A stretch of DNA of 64,000 nt from an uncultured bacterium (lineage in GTDB: Bacteria > Acidobacteriota > Thermoanaerobaculia > Multivoradales > JAHZIX01): assembly GCA_965368975.1 (NCBI GenBank), contig CBDUPA010000001.1, positions 736,001 through 800,000 on the forward strand. The letters are read 5' to 3'. The translations under genes and the position numbers were made by a program. The notes under the pieces were generated by a model that was not told the origin of the DNA, did not search any database, and saw only the letters and a list, made by a program, of their open reading frames with translations. Positions 18,137-29,136 of the stretch are shown piece by piece (position 1 is the stretch's first letter; each line of letters opens with the position of its first letter).

Positions 18137-19771
18137 ATGCGCCCAATCCGTGAAGTCGCCCGTGACCTCGGCATCGCCGACGAGCATTTCATCCCTTATG
18201 GCCACGACAAGGCCAAGATTCATCAGGACGCCCTGGCGGCAGCGGGGGATCGCCGCGGTAAGCTGATCCTGGTGTCGGCCCTGACGCCGACCTCGGCCGG
18301 CGAAGGCAAGACGACGACCTCGATCGCCCTGGCGCAGGGACTGGCGCACGTCGGTCAAGGCGTGTGCCTGGCGCTGCGCGAGCCGTCGCTGGGACCGACC
18401 TTCGGCATGAAGGGCGGCGCGACGGGTGCGGGCAAGGCTTCGGTGACACCGTCGCACGACATCAACCTGCACTTCACCGGCGACTTTCACGCCATTTCGT
18501 CGGCGCACAACCTGCTGGCGGCGGCGATCGACAACCACCTGCACCAGGGCAACAAGCTGGGCATCGATCCGCGCCGCGTCGAGTGGCCGCGCGTGGTCGA
18601 CATGAACGACCGCGCGCTGCGCTCGATCATCCTCGGCCTGGGTGGTCCGATCCAGGGTGTGCCGCGCGAAGGCAGTTTCGACATCACCACGGCCTCTGAA
18701 GTGATGGCGGTGCTGTGCCTGGCCGACTCGCTGGACGACCTGCGGGCGCGCTTGTCGCGCCTGATCGTGGCGCAGACCTACGGCAAGGAGACGGTGACGG
18801 CGGCGGACCTGAACGCTGTCGGTGCCATGATGGTGCTGCTCAAGGATGCGGTGCACCCGAACCTGGTGCAGACGCTCGAAGGCGTGCCGGCACTGATCCA
18901 CGGCGGTCCGTTCGCCAACATCGCCCACGGCTGCAACTCGATCGTGGCGACGCGCACGGCAATGGCGCACGCCGACTGGACGGTGACCGAGGCCGGCTTC
19001 GGCTTCGACCTGGGTGGCGAGAAGTTCCTCGATATCAAGTGCCAGGCGGCCGGTCTCGATCCGGCGGCGGTGGTGCTGGTGGCGACGATCAAGGCGCTCA
19101 AGCGTCACGGCGGCGTGGCGGACAAGAACCTCGGGCAGCCGGACGCGGCGGCGGTGGAGCGCGGCCTGCCGAACCTGCAGAAGCATCTCGAGAACGCGCG
19201 CCTGTTCGGCAAGCAGGCAGTGGTGGCCCTCAATCACTTCACCGGTAGCGATACCGACGAGGAGGTCGACGTGGTGCGGCGCGCCTGCGCCGAGTGGGGG
19301 GCCTCGTTCGCGGTGTGCAAGGGCGTAGCCGAAGGAGGCCCTGGTGCCGTCGAACTGGCCGAAGCCGTAATGGCCGCTGCCGAGGCCGGCGCGTCGAGTC
19401 CGCTACAGCCGCTCTACGACTGGAGCGAGCCGCTGCAGGACAAGATGGAGAAGATCGCCACGCACATCTACGGTGCCGAAGGCGTCGAGTACACCAGCGA
19501 AGGCCGGCGCGACTTCAAGAAGATCGAGCGTATGGGCTTTGCCGGGCTTCCCCTGTGCGTGGTCAAGACGCCGATGTCGTTCTCCGACAACGCCAAGCTG
19601 GCTGGCCGCCCCGAGGGCTTCAAGGTGACCGTACGTGGTGCTGTGTTGGCCGCCGGCGCCGGCTTCGTGGTGCCGTTGCTCGGCTCTGTCTTGCGCATGC
19701 CGGGGTTGCCGAAGGTACCGCAGTTGGAGCACATGGACTTGGTCGATGGCCGTGTCGAGGGGATGAAGTAA
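18137..19771 (+). CDS. fhs: Formate--tetrahydrofolate ligase
   Basis: TPTSAGEGKTTT, LREPSLGP.FG.KGGA, INLHFTGDFHAI, HGGPFANIAHGCNS, EAGFG.DLG.EKF, MPGLP. Confidence 0.97.
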   Translation: MRPIREVARDLGIADEHFIPYGHDKAKIHQDALAAAGDRRGKLILVSALTPTSAGEGKTTTSIALAQGLAHVGQGVCLALREPSLGPTFGMKGGATGAGKASVTPSHDINLHFTGDFHAISSAHNLLAAAIDNHLHQGNKLGIDPRRVEWPRVVDMNDRALRSIILGLGGPIQGVPREGSFDITTASEVMAVLCLADSLDDLRARLSRLIVAQTYGKETVTAADLNAVGAMMVLLKDAVHPNLVQTLEGVPALIHGGPFANIAHGCNSIVATRTAMAHADWTVTEAGFGFDLGGEKFLDIKCQAAGLDPAAVVLVATIKALKRHGGVADKNLGQPDAAAVERGLPNLQKHLENARLFGKQAVVALNHFTGSDTDEEVDVVRRACAEWGASFAVCKGVAEGGPGAVELAEAVMAAAEAGASSPLQPLYDWSEPLQDKMEKIATHIYGAEGVEYTSEGRRDFKKIERMGFAGLPLCVVKTPMSFSDNAKLAGRPEGFKVTVRGAVLAAGAGFVVPLLGSVLRMPGLPKVPQLEHMDLVDGRVEGMK

Positions 19772-19799
19772 GTGCGGCCTCTTTCCTCCGTCGGAGACT

Positions 19800-19817
19800 T
19801 TGTGACAAAATGCACAA
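19800..19817. promoter_or_regulatory. Rex- or CRP-like operator TTGTGACAAAATGCACAA upstream of nqr
   Basis: Two mismatches to Rex TTGTGAA-N4-TTCACAA and one mismatch to CRP TGTGA-N6-TCACA; AT-rich patch in GC-rich intergenic DNA before nqrA. Confidence 0.5.
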
Positions 19818-20068
19818 GCGGCTGCGGGGGGAGATACTGAGCCGCGCGACCACGACACAGCGAGCGCTTCGCACCTTTCCATAATTCATCACAGCCACAG
19901 CTTCGACACGGAGTTCCATCGAGTCCTTGCCGTCCGCACTTTCCGCGCGCCCACGATAGCTGCGCGCGCTTTCCCCTGGCGGCCCCACCTATGCAAGGAC
20001 ACCTCGGAAGCTGGCACGGGATGGAGAAGGATGAGGACGCATCTTCTGACCTGAAATAGGAACGGAAC

Positions 20069-21490
20069 GTGGGTACGTACAAGATCAACAAAGGATTGGA
20101 CCTGCCGATCCTCGGCGAGCCGAGGCAGGCAATCGAAGACGGTCCGCAGTTGCGCCATGTCGCCCTTCTGGGCGGTGATTACATGGGCATGAAGCCGACG
20201 ATGCACGTCGCCGAAGGCGATGTCGTCAGACGCGGGCAACTGGTCTTCGAAGACAAGAAAACCCCTGGCGTGCGCTTCACGGCGCCGGCTTCCGGCAAGG
20301 TAGTCGCGGTACACCGCGGTGCCCGTCGAGCCTTCCAGTCGCTGGTCATCGAACTCGATGAAGCCGAGCGCGCTGCCTTTGCTCCAGGAGCCCTCAAGGA
20401 CGACGCTGAACAGGTCGAGTTCGAGAGCTTCGCGGCGGTCAAGGACACGGCGCCGGAGCAACTGAAGCGCGAGCAGGTACGCGAGCTCTTGCTCGAATCG
20501 GGCCTGTGGACCGCGCTGCGAGCGCGCCCCTTCGGTCGCGTTGCCGACCCGCAGGCCAACGATGGCAACGGGCCACACTCGATCTTCGTCACCGCCATGG
20601 ACACGGAACCGCTGGCACCCAGCGTTGACGTCGTCCTGGCTGGCAAGGCCGAAGACTTCCACCGTGGCGTCGAGGTGCTGAGTCACCTCACCGACGGCCA
20701 CGTTCACGTCTGCCGGGCCGCCGACAGCTCGGTGCCGGTGTCTCCGGCTCCGGGCATTCTGGCCGAGGTCTTCGATGGACCACATCCGGCGGGTACGCCG
20801 GGCGTACACATCCACTTCGTGGACCCGGTGCACCGCGGCAAGACGGTGTGGCACGTCGGCTATCAGGACGCGGTAGCGATCGGTCGCTTGTTCGCCACCG
20901 GCCGCCTGGACGTCGAGCGGGTGATCGCGCTCGCCGGTCCGCCGCTGTCGAATCCGCGCTTGGTGCGCACGCGCATCGGCGCCTCGACGACCGAACTGTT
21001 GGCCGGCGAGGACGTGACCCATGGTGACGAACACCGAGTGATCTCGGGTTCGGTGCTCTCTGGTACCCAGGCGCAGGGTGAGGATCTCGGCTATCTCGGC
21101 CGCTACCACAACCAGGTCTCGGTGCTGCAAGAGGATCGCAGTCGTACCCTCTTTGGCTGGATGGGCCCGGGTGGCGACAAGTTCTCGCTCGTACGCGCCT
21201 TTCTCTCGGCTGTGACGCCGCAGCGCAAGTACGCGTTCACCACCACGACGCACGGTGATCCGCGTGCCATCGTGCCGATCGGTCTGTACGAGAAGGTGAT
21301 GCCGATGGACATCCTGCCCACCTTCTTGCTGCGGGCCCTGGTCATGGGTGACCTAGAGCAAGCCGAGGCTCTCGGCTGCCTGGAACTGACGGAAGAAGAC
21401 CTCGCCCTGTGCACCTTTGTGTGCCCGGGCAAGAACGAATTCGGCCCCTACCTGCGCGAGGTGCTGACCACCATCGAGAAGGAAGGGTGA
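20069..21490 (+). CDS. nqrA: Na+-translocating NADH:quinone reductase subunit A
   Basis: [45 protein letters not shown]; first gene of the operon. Confidence 0.96.
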   Translation: MGTYKINKGLDLPILGEPRQAIEDGPQLRHVALLGGDYMGMKPTMHVAEGDVVRRGQLVFEDKKTPGVRFTAPASGKVVAVHRGARRAFQSLVIELDEAERAAFAPGALKDDAEQVEFESFAAVKDTAPEQLKREQVRELLLESGLWTALRARPFGRVADPQANDGNGPHSIFVTAMDTEPLAPSVDVVLAGKAEDFHRGVEVLSHLTDGHVHVCRAADSSVPVSPAPGILAEVFDGPHPAGTPGVHIHFVDPVHRGKTVWHVGYQDAVAIGRLFATGRLDVERVIALAGPPLSNPRLVRTRIGASTTELLAGEDVTHGDEHRVISGSVLSGTQAQGEDLGYLGRYHNQVSVLQEDRSRTLFGWMGPGGDKFSLVRAFLSAVTPQRKYAFTTTTHGDPRAIVPIGLYEKVMPMDILPTFLLRALVMGDLEQAEALGCLELTEEDLALCTFVCPGKNEFGPYLREVLTTIEKEG

Positions 21491-21500
21491 GGAGGAACGG

Positions 21501-22724
21501 ATGAAAGCTCTGCGATCCTTCCTGGACAAGCAAGGCAAGATGTTCGAGCCCGGGGGCAAGCTGGAGAAGCTCCATCCCCTGTGGGAAGCCCAGGACTCAT
21601 TTCTCTACACCCCGGGGAAAGTGACCAAGGGTGCCTCGCATGTACGCGACGCTCTCGATCTCAAACGCATGATGGGCATGGTGGTGGTGGCGCTGATCCC
21701 GGCGGTACTGATGGCCATGTACAACACGGGCTACCAGGCCCACCTGGCGATCGCTGGCGGCGCCGCGGCACTCGACAACTGGCAGACGGCCGCCATGGGC
21801 TGGCTGGGTATGGCCTTCGACCCGAAGGACGTCCTCGCCTGCTTCATTCACGGTGCGCTCTACTACCTACCGGTGGTAATCGTGACGCTGGCGGTGGGTG
21901 GTAATTGCGAGGCTCTCTTCTCCATCGTGCGCAAGCACGACATCAACGAGGGTTTCCTGGTCACCTGGATGCTCTTCCCGCTGATCCTGCCGCCGACCAT
22001 TCCGCTGTGGCAGGTGGCGATCGGCATCGCTTTCGGTGTCATCGTCGGCAAAGAGATCTTCGGCGGCACTGGCATGAATATCCTCAACCCGGCTCTCACC
22101 GCGCGCGCCTTCCTGTTCTTCGCCTACCCGGCGGAGATCAGTGGCGACAATGTGTGGGTCGCCGCCCAGACCTCGCCCGACGGCTACTCGGGGGCCACCT
22201 GGCTGGCACGCTCGGCCGAGAGCGGCAAGGCAGTGCTGGAGCAGAGTGCCAGTTGGATGGATGCCTTCATCGGCCTGGTGCCGGGTTCGATGGGCGAGAC
22301 CTCGGCGCTTGGCTGCCTGATCGGCGCCGCGGTGCTGATTGCCTGTGGCGTCGGCTCCTGGCGCATCATGGCGGGCGTCGTGATCGGCAGTGCCGTCACG
22401 GCCGTGTTGCTCAACCTGCTGCCGTCGAACACCAACGCCTTCCTCGACGTGCCCTTCTACTGGCACTTCGTGCTCGGCGGCTGGGCCTTTGGCACGGTGT
22501 TCATGGCCACCGAACCGGTCACCGCATCGCACTCGATCCGCGGTATGTGGATCTACGGGCTGCTGATCGGTGTCTTCGCGATCCTCATCCGAGTGGTCAA
22601 TCCGGCCTACCCGGAGGGGATGATGCTGGCCATCCTGTTCATGAACCTGTTCGCCGCGCTGATCGACTACTACGTCGTGAAGGCGAACATCGATCGCCGG
22701 AGGGCGCGATATGCAGCAGCGTAA
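21501..22724 (+). CDS. nqrB: Na+-NQR subunit B
   Basis: [29 protein letters not shown]-attachment [22 protein letters not shown]. Confidence 0.97.
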   Translation: MKALRSFLDKQGKMFEPGGKLEKLHPLWEAQDSFLYTPGKVTKGASHVRDALDLKRMMGMVVVALIPAVLMAMYNTGYQAHLAIAGGAAALDNWQTAAMGWLGMAFDPKDVLACFIHGALYYLPVVIVTLAVGGNCEALFSIVRKHDINEGFLVTWMLFPLILPPTIPLWQVAIGIAFGVIVGKEIFGGTGMNILNPALTARAFLFFAYPAEISGDNVWVAAQTSPDGYSGATWLARSAESGKAVLEQSASWMDAFIGLVPGSMGETSALGCLIGAAVLIACGVGSWRIMAGVVIGSAVTAVLLNLLPSNTNAFLDVPFYWHFVLGGWAFGTVFMATEPVTASHSIRGMWIYGLLIGVFAILIRVVNPAYPEGMMLAILFMNLFAALIDYYVVKANIDRRRARYAAA

Positions 22725-23493
22725 CACCGTCTACACCATCGCCTTCGCCGCTGGCGTCTGCCTGGTGTGCTCGATCTTGGTGGCTTCCGCGGCAGTCTCG
22801 CTGCGGCCGGCCCAGGAAACCAACAAGGCGCTCGACAAGCAGCGCAATGTGTTGGTGGCCGCCGGTCTGGCCAGCGATGACGAGAAGCTGACTCCGGAAG
22901 AAATCGAGTCGCGCTTCGCCACCTTCAAGCCGCTGGTGGTCAACCTGGAAACCGACAGCGCCGAACCCGACGTCGATCCGTTCTCGATCGATCCGCGCAA
23001 GATGGTCTCGGACCCGCGCAACAGCCACGACGTGCCGTCGAACCTGGCGCAGCTCAAGCGCGTCGCGGACAAAGAAGTCATCTACCAGCTACTGGGTGAG
23101 GATGGAGAGGTCGAGATGCTCGTGTTGCCGATCCATGGCAAGGGCCTGTGGTCGACGCTCTACGGCTTCATCGCGCTCAGTGGAGACCTGGAGCGCGTGG
23201 AAGGCCTGACCTTCTACGAGCACAAGGAGACCCCCGGTCTCGGCGGCGAAGTCGACAACCCGCGCTGGAAATCTCTGTGGCCGGGCCGTCAGGTCTTCGG
23301 CCCGGATGGCGGCATCGAGATCGAAGTGATCAAGGGCAGCGCCGGACCGCCAGAAGAGAACCCGTATCAGGTCGACGGCCTCTCGGGCGCCACCATCACC
23401 TCGCGCGGCGTCACCGCCATGCTCGAGTTCTGGCTGGGTGACGAAGGTTTCGGCCCCTACCTGGAGACGTACCGACAGAGGAGCTCGAGCTGA
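22711..23493 (+). CDS. nqrC: Na+-NQR subunit C
   Basis: [30 protein letters not shown] (FMN site). Confidence 0.97.
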   Translation: MQQRNTVYTIAFAAGVCLVCSILVASAAVSLRPAQETNKALDKQRNVLVAAGLASDDEKLTPEEIESRFATFKPLVVNLETDSAEPDVDPFSIDPRKMVSDPRNSHDVPSNLAQLKRVADKEVIYQLLGEDGEVEMLVLPIHGKGLWSTLYGFIALSGDLERVEGLTFYEHKETPGLGGEVDNPRWKSLWPGRQVFGPDGGIEIEVIKGSAGPPEENPYQVDGLSGATITSRGVTAMLEFWLGDEGFGPYLETYRQRSSS

Positions 23494-24119
23494 TGGCCCA
23501 GAGCAAGACCGACGTCCTATTGGACCCCCTGTTCAACAACAACCCGATCGCGCTGCAGGTGCTCGGCATCTGTTCCGCGCTGGCGGTGACCACGAAAATG
23601 GAAACTTCTGTGGTCATGTGCGCCGCGCTGGTCTTCGTGCTGACGGGCTCCAACCTGGCGGTGAGCCTGCTGCGTAACGGCATTCCGAACAACATCCGCA
23701 TCATCGTGCAGTTGACCATCATCGCCTCGCTGGTGATCGTCGTCGATCAAGTACTGACCGCCTACGTCTACGACATCAGCAAGCAGCTGAGCGTCTTTGT
23801 CGGTCTGATCATCACGAACTGCATCGTCATGGGGCGCGCCGAGGCGTTCGCCATGCAGAACGGCCCTGGCATGAGCTTGCTGGATGGCCTGGGCAATGGC
23901 TTCGGCTACAGCATGATCCTGCTCGGCACCGCGGTGCTGCGCGAGCTGTTTGGCTCCGGCAAGCTGTTCGGTTACAACATCTTGACGCCGGTCACCGAGG
24001 GCGGTTGGTATCCCACCAATGGCCTGATGGTGCTGTCACCGGCTGCCTTCTTCATCATCGGCTTCTTCATCTGGGCGCTGCGCGCCTGGAAGCCCGAGCA
24101 GGTCGAACCGGAGGGTTGA
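23493..24119 (+). CDS. nqrD: Na+-NQR subunit D
   Basis: [40 protein letters not shown]. Confidence 0.97.
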   Translation: MAQSKTDVLLDPLFNNNPIALQVLGICSALAVTTKMETSVVMCAALVFVLTGSNLAVSLLRNGIPNNIRIIVQLTIIASLVIVVDQVLTAYVYDISKQLSVFVGLIITNCIVMGRAEAFAMQNGPGMSLLDGLGNGFGYSMILLGTAVLRELFGSGKLFGYNILTPVTEGGWYPTNGLMVLSPAAFFIIGFFIWALRAWKPEQVEPEG

Positions 24120-24123
24120 GGTC

Positions 24124-24738
24124 ATGGAAGAGTATCTGAATCTCGCGATCAAGGCGATTTTCGTCGAGAACATGGCCCTGGCGTTCTTCCTGGGCATGTG
24201 TTCTTTTCTCGCCTGCTCCAAGAAGGTCGAGACCGCGGTAGGCCTCGGCTGGGCTGTGGTCTTCGTGCTGTCGGTGACCGTGCCGGCCAACAACCTGATC
24301 TACAACTACCTGCTCAAGGAAGGCGCCATGAGCTGGATCCATCCCAGCTTGGCCAGCGTCGACCTCTCCTTCCTGGGCTTCCTGTGCTACATCGGCACGA
24401 TTGCCGCCATGGTGCAGCTGGTCGAGATGTTTCTCGATCGCTTCGTACCCGGCCTGTACAACGCGCTCGGCGTCTTCTTGCCGCTGATCGCCGTCAACTG
24501 CGCCATCCTGGGTGCTTCGCTGTTCATGGTCGAGCGCGACTACACCTTCACGCAGAGTGTCGCCTTCGGTATCGGCAACGGTATCGGCTGGCTGCTGGCC
24601 ATCGTCGCGCTGGCGGCGATCCGCGAACGCATGCGCTACAGCAACGTGCCGATAGGTCTACGGGGCCTGGGCATGGCGTTTGTCCTCACCGGCCTGATGG
24701 CCATCGGTTTCATGGCCTTCGCGGGCATCCAGCTCTAA
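24124..24738 (+). CDS. nqrE: Na+-NQR subunit E
   Basis: [39 protein letters not shown]-type motif. Confidence 0.97.
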   Translation: MEEYLNLAIKAIFVENMALAFFLGMCSFLACSKKVETAVGLGWAVVFVLSVTVPANNLIYNYLLKEGAMSWIHPSLASVDLSFLGFLCYIGTIAAMVQLVEMFLDRFVPGLYNALGVFLPLIAVNCAILGASLFMVERDYTFTQSVAFGIGNGIGWLLAIVALAAIRERMRYSNVPIGLRGLGMAFVLTGLMAIGFMAFAGIQL

Positions 24739-24765
24739 CCGGGCGCCGAGAAAGGAACGACTACC

Positions 24766-25989
24766 ATGACGACCATCGCAATGGGCGTGCTCATGTTCAC
24801 TGTGGTCATCCTGTCGCTGGTGAGCATCTTGATGTTCGCCAAGAAGCGCTTGGTGGCCAGTGGTGACGTGACCATCGTCATCAACGACGACGAAGACAAG
24901 GCGATCCAGGTGGCCTCTGGGGCCAACCTGCTCAACACCCTGTCGGAGAACAAGATCTTCATTCCCTCCGCCTGCGGCGGCAAGGGCAGTTGCGGCGTCT
25001 GCAAGGTCAACGTGACCGAGGGCGGCGGTGCCATGCTGCCGACGGAAAAGGGCCACATCAGCCGTGGTGAAGAGCGCGAAGGCTGCCGCCTGTCGTGCCA
25101 GGTGAAGGTCAAGGGCGACATGCGGATCGAAGTACCGCCCGAGGTCTTCTCGGTGAAGAAGTGGAAGTGCAAGGTGCGCTCGAACGACAACGTGGCGACC
25201 TTCATCAAGGAGCTGGTGCTGGAGTTGCCGGCGGGCGAGGACGTGCCGTTCCGTGCCGGTGGCTACATCCAGATCGAGTGTCCGCCGCACCACATTCTGT
25301 ACAAGGACTTCGACGTTGCCGAGGAGTACCGGGAGGACTGGGACAAGTTCAACCTGTGGCGCTTCGAGTCCAAGGTCGACGAGGTGGTCAACCGCGCCTA
25401 CTCGATGGCCAACTATCCGGAAGAGCGCGGCATGATCATGCTCAACGTGCGTGTGGCCAGTCCGCCGCCGCGCATGCCGGACGTGCCGCCGGGCATCATG
25501 TCCTCGTATATCTTCAGTCTCAAGCCGGGCGACGAGGTCACCATTTCGGGGCCGTTCGGCGAGTTCTTCGCCAAGGACACCGACAACGAGATGGTGTTCA
25601 TCGGTGGCGGCGCTGGCATGGCGCCAATGCGCTCCCACATCTTCGACCAGTTCCGGCGCCTGCACAGCCAGCGCAAGGTGAGCTTCTGGTACGGAGCGCG
25701 CTCGCTGCGTGAGGCCTTCTACCAGGAAGACTTTGACTCGATTGCGGCTGAGAATGACAACTTCGAGTGGCACTTGGCGCTGTCCGAACCGCTGGAAGAA
25801 GACAACTGGAGCGGCTACGTCGGCTTTATTCACCAGGTGCTGTACGACAACTACCTCAAGGACCATCCGGCCCCCGAGGACGTCGAGTACTACCTGTGTG
25901 GTCCGCCGCTGATGCTGGACGCGTGCATGAAGATGCTCGACAGCTTGGGCGTCGAGCCCGAGAACATCGCCTTCGACGACTTCGGTTGA
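24766..25989 (+). CDS. nqrF: Na+-NQR subunit F
   Basis: [12 protein letters not shown]...RLSCQ (2Fe-2S), [23 protein letters not shown]-terminal DDFG. Confidence 0.98.
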   Translation: MTTIAMGVLMFTVVILSLVSILMFAKKRLVASGDVTIVINDDEDKAIQVASGANLLNTLSENKIFIPSACGGKGSCGVCKVNVTEGGGAMLPTEKGHISRGEEREGCRLSCQVKVKGDMRIEVPPEVFSVKKWKCKVRSNDNVATFIKELVLELPAGEDVPFRAGGYIQIECPPHHILYKDFDVAEEYREDWDKFNLWRFESKVDEVVNRAYSMANYPEERGMIMLNVRVASPPPRMPDVPPGIMSSYIFSLKPGDEVTISGPFGEFFAKDTDNEMVFIGGGAGMAPMRSHIFDQFRRLHSQRKVSFWYGARSLREAFYQEDFDSIAAENDNFEWHLALSEPLEEDNWSGYVGFIHQVLYDNYLKDHPAPEDVEYYLCGPPLMLDACMKMLDSLGVEPENIAFDDFG

Positions 25990-26000
25990 CACGAGGTTCG

Positions 26001-27122
26001 ATGCGTACATCGAAGTTCCGTCCGCGTTCTGGTAGTCAGGTGAATCCTGCTTCCAGGGCACCAGCAAGGGTGGCCGCAATCGCGGTCACCCTCTTGCCTT
26101 TGTGTCTAGCCTGTACTCTGCTGGTCACGTTGGCCTGTGATCGAGCACCGGTCCTGGCTTCGTACTCCTTCGAGGGACCCACGATGGGGACCCGCTACGT
26201 CGTCAAGGTCGTGACGGTGGAGCGCGAGGCAGGATGGCAAGAGCGGTTGGCCGAGAGCATCACGGCTCGCCTGGCCGAGGTCAATCAGAAGATGTCGACC
26301 TGGTTGACGGATTCTGAGATCTCTCGCTTCAACGACAAGGCGAGCGTCGAGCCGTTCCTGTTCTCGGCCGAGACTTTCGATGTGCTGCAAGCCGCGCAGG
26401 AGGTCAGCACCGCGAGCGATGGTGCCTTCGACATCACGGTTGGTCCACTGGTCGATGCCTGGGGCTTCGGTGCCGCTGGCGAGATGCCAACGCCGCCGTC
26501 CATCGAGGTGCTGGCCGAACTCGAGACCCACGTTGGCTTCGACAAGCTGCAGCTGGACGTGGTGAGCAAGAGCGCGGCCAAGCAAGATCCGGACCTGCGC
26601 CTCGACCTGTCCGCGATCGCCAAGGGCTATGCCGTCGACCAAGTGGCCGAGGCTCTGGCCGCGCAGGGCTTCGAAGACTACATGGTAGAGGTCGGCGGCG
26701 AAGTGCGCACGGCCGGCCAGAACCCGGACGGCGATTCTTGGCGCATCGGCATCGAGCAGCCGGAAGCCAATCCCGTGCGCCAGGTCGCGACCGTCGTGCC
26801 ATTGAGTGGCGTCGCGCTCGCGACCTCCGGCAACTACCGCAACTTCTGGGTCGCGGCAGATGGCCGCCGTATTTCCCACACCCTCGATCCCCGCACGGGG
26901 GCTCCCGTCGCGCACGCGGCCGCTTCGGTCAGTGTCGCGCACCCGAGTTGTATGATGGCGGATGCCTGGGCTACCGCGCTGATGGTGCTCGGCCCCGACC
27001 AGGGATACGATGTTGCTGTTACCCAGGACCTGGCGGTGCTCTTCCTGATCCACGGTGAAGACGGTGGCGAGCTAGAGCAACGTCTCACCCCTGCTTTCGA
27101 GGCCCTGCTTCAGGCGCTCTAG
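26001..27122 (+). CDS. apbE: FAD:protein FMN transferase (lipoprotein)
   Basis: TMGT, GAFDITVGPL, DLSAIAKGYAVD, VEVGGE, ATSGNY, SHTLDPRTG, ADAWATALMV; lipobox-like TLAC; follows nqrF. Confidence 0.93.
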   Translation: MRTSKFRPRSGSQVNPASRAPARVAAIAVTLLPLCLACTLLVTLACDRAPVLASYSFEGPTMGTRYVVKVVTVEREAGWQERLAESITARLAEVNQKMSTWLTDSEISRFNDKASVEPFLFSAETFDVLQAAQEVSTASDGAFDITVGPLVDAWGFGAAGEMPTPPSIEVLAELETHVGFDKLQLDVVSKSAAKQDPDLRLDLSAIAKGYAVDQVAEALAAQGFEDYMVEVGGEVRTAGQNPDGDSWRIGIEQPEANPVRQVATVVPLSGVALATSGNYRNFWVAADGRRISHTLDPRTGAPVAHAAASVSVAHPSCMMADAWATALMVLGPDQGYDVAVTQDLAVLFLIHGEDGGELEQRLTPAFEALLQAL

Positions 27123-27202
27123 GTCCTGTCGCCCCGTTTGCCGAAAACCCATGTCTCGATAGACCGCCCCGCGATCAGCTCTGCCAACGAAAGGAGCTTC
27201 CC

Positions 27203-27454
27203 ATGTTGGCCATGATTCTCGTCTCCGCTGGTGTTCTGGCCCTAGTGATGGTCGGAATGGCGATCGGCGTCATCCTGCAGAACAAAGAATTGCGCGGTTC
27301 CTGTGGCGGCGTTGCCTTCCTGGGGCCGGACGGCGATCCCCTGACCTGCAGCAACTGCAACTGCAAGCTACCCGAAGAGGTGGACGACGGTGAGCTCGGG
27401 GCTCCTGTCAAGGCGGTCCTCGAAGGCGACGGCGGCGAACGTTCCGCCGCCTGA
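27203..27454 (+). CDS. nqrM: Na+-NQR maturation factor NqrM (DUF539)
   Basis: TM helix with MAIGV, then LRGSCGG and a Cys cluster; follows apbE. Confidence 0.85.
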   Translation: MLAMILVSAGVLALVMVGMAIGVILQNKELRGSCGGVAFLGPDGDPLTCSNCNCKLPEEVDDGELGAPVKAVLEGDGGERSAA

Positions 27455-27492
27455 AGCCCCTCTCACCTGAAGCCCTCTCACCTGAAGCCCCA
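27450..27492. repeat. Short tandem repeat CCTGAAGCCC(C)TCTCA, about 2.7 copies
   Basis: Units start at 27450, 27466 and 27481, between nqrM and trpS. Confidence 0.85.
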
Positions 27493-27512
27493 TCGCAAGG
27501 AGTCAGAGCACG

Positions 27513-28523
27513 ATGCCGACGCAAGAGACGCAAACACGGGTCCTGTCTGGGATCCAGCCTTCCGGCGGCCTGCACCTGGGCAACTACCTGGGCGCCATCC
27601 AGCAGTGGGTGAAGGGACAGCACGAGAAGGAAAGCTTTTTCTGCATCGTCGACCTGCACGCCATCACGGTGCCGCAGGATCCGCAGGTTTTGCGCGCCAA
27701 CACGCGGGAACTGGCTGCCCAACTCCTGGCCTGCGGCTTGGACCCGAATGTGTGCACCCTCTTCCTGCAGAGCCACGTGCGCGCGCACGCCGAGTGCTCC
27801 TGGCTACTCCAGTGCGTCACGCCACTGGGCTGGCTCGAACGCATGACCCAGTTCAAGGCCAAGAGCAGCGAGCAGCAGAGCGTGCTCACCGGCCTGCTCA
27901 CCTATCCGGTGCTGCAAGCCGCCGACATTCTCTTGTACGACGCCGACGAAGTGCCTGTGGGGGAGGACCAGAAGCAGCATGTCGAGCTGACGCGCGACAT
28001 CGCCCAGCGCTTCAATCACCTGTTCGGGGATACCTTCAAGGTACCCAAGGCGATGATTCGTGAGGCGGGTGCCCGCATCATGGGACTCGACGATCCTTCG
28101 AACAAGATGAGCAAGAGTCACAGCGGCACGCGTGGCCACTGTATCCGCCTGCTCGACACGGACGACGAGATCCGCTATGCCTTCAAGCGTGCCGTGACCG
28201 ACTCGGGCCGCGAGATCGCTTTCAGCGACGATCCGGAGCGCGGCGGCGTCAACAATCTTCTGACCATCTACCAGCTGCTGACGCACAAGACGCAGGAAGA
28301 CGTGCTGGCAGACTTCGCTGACGCACGTGGCTACGGGGACCTGAAGAAGGCCGTGGCCGAAGTCGCGGTGAGCGCGATCACACCGATCCGCGCCGAATCG
28401 CAGCGCCTGCTCGAAGATCCCGCTGAACTCGACCGCCTGCTGGCGATCGGTGCCGAGCGTGCGCGCGCGATCGCCGAGCCGATCGTGGCCAGGGCCAAGG
28501 AACGCATCGGCTTCATCGTCTAG
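27513..28523 (+). CDS. trpS: Tryptophan--tRNA ligase
   Basis: SGIQPSG..HLGNYLG, YPVLQAADIL, VPVGEDQKQH, KMSKS. Confidence 0.98.
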   Translation: MPTQETQTRVLSGIQPSGGLHLGNYLGAIQQWVKGQHEKESFFCIVDLHAITVPQDPQVLRANTRELAAQLLACGLDPNVCTLFLQSHVRAHAECSWLLQCVTPLGWLERMTQFKAKSSEQQSVLTGLLTYPVLQAADILLYDADEVPVGEDQKQHVELTRDIAQRFNHLFGDTFKVPKAMIREAGARIMGLDDPSNKMSKSHSGTRGHCIRLLDTDDEIRYAFKRAVTDSGREIAFSDDPERGGVNNLLTIYQLLTHKTQEDVLADFADARGYGDLKKAVAEVAVSAITPIRAESQRLLEDPAELDRLLAIGAERARAIAEPIVARAKERIGFIV

Positions 28524-28531
28524 CCGCTGCA

Positions 28532-28598
28532 TTGCTGTTCGCGGCCCTCCGGCCGCGATGGGGTTACCTGTTGCTCTTCGCGACCCTCCGGCCGCGAT
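28532..28598. repeat. Two REP-like palindromic direct repeats between convergent genes
   Basis: TTGCTGTTCGCGGCCCTCCGGCCGCGAT (28532-28559) and TTGCTCTTCGCGACCCTCCGGCCGCGAT (28571-28598); each folds as TCGCGGCC-ctcc-GGCCGCGA (one mismatch in copy 2). Confidence 0.75.
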
Positions 28599-28602
28599 TC
28601 GA

Positions 28603-29136
28603 TCACCTGGCGCGGCCCGTGAGGCGCCCTTCGTTGGTGAGCAGGCCGTGCTCGATCAGCCACGCTCGTCCATCCTCGGCATCCTGCTCGAACCAGGCGC
28701 GTGTCGACCCCAGGCGGAAGCTGTAGCCCCAGGCATCCATGTCGTGGCAGAGCCGGGCGCGACCGACGCCTGGCAACTCGTCGGCGAGAAGCACCTGCAG
28801 GTAGCAGACGCCGCATTCTTCTAGGTCGTCGCCGCCGGCGTCGGTGTGCAAGGAAGAACGTCGCTCGGCGTCGGCACACAGCAGGTGTCCTCCTTCGTGC
28901 AGTGCCGACTGCACCGGCGTGTCGGCGCGCACGAAGAGCGTGCCGCGAACGATGCCCGCTTCCGGGGCGCCCCAGTGGCTGCCCGGAATCTCGGCACCGT
29001 CCGCGACCTGCACGACCGCCACTCCGTAGCCAGCGAATAGCCGTTCGAGCGCGCCGGCCTCGAGGTCGCCGCAGAGGAACTGCCCTTGTAGCGAGGGTTC
29101 GCTGGACGGGCTGCTGACTGCGGCGGCTTCAGTCAT
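28603..29136 (-). CDS. Conserved hypothetical protein with HExxH motif
   Basis: IPGSHWG.PEAG, SALHEGGH, DD.EEC.VCYLQ, DMDAWGYSFRLGS; ATG overlaps the upstream stop (ATGA). Confidence 0.7.
   Translation of the reverse strand: MTEAAAVSSPSSEPSLQGQFLCGDLEAGALERLFAGYGVAVVQVADGAEIPGSHWGAPEAGIVRGTLFVRADTPVQSALHEGGHLLCADAERRSSLHTDAGGDDLEECGVCYLQVLLADELPGVGRARLCHDMDAWGYSFRLGSTRAWFEQDAEDGRAWLIEHGLLTNEGRLTGRAR

Noticed and set aside
19889-26079. Long antisense ORFs over nqr and other genes
   Set aside because: Expected stop-poor antisense frames in high-GC coding DNA, with no recognisable motifs.
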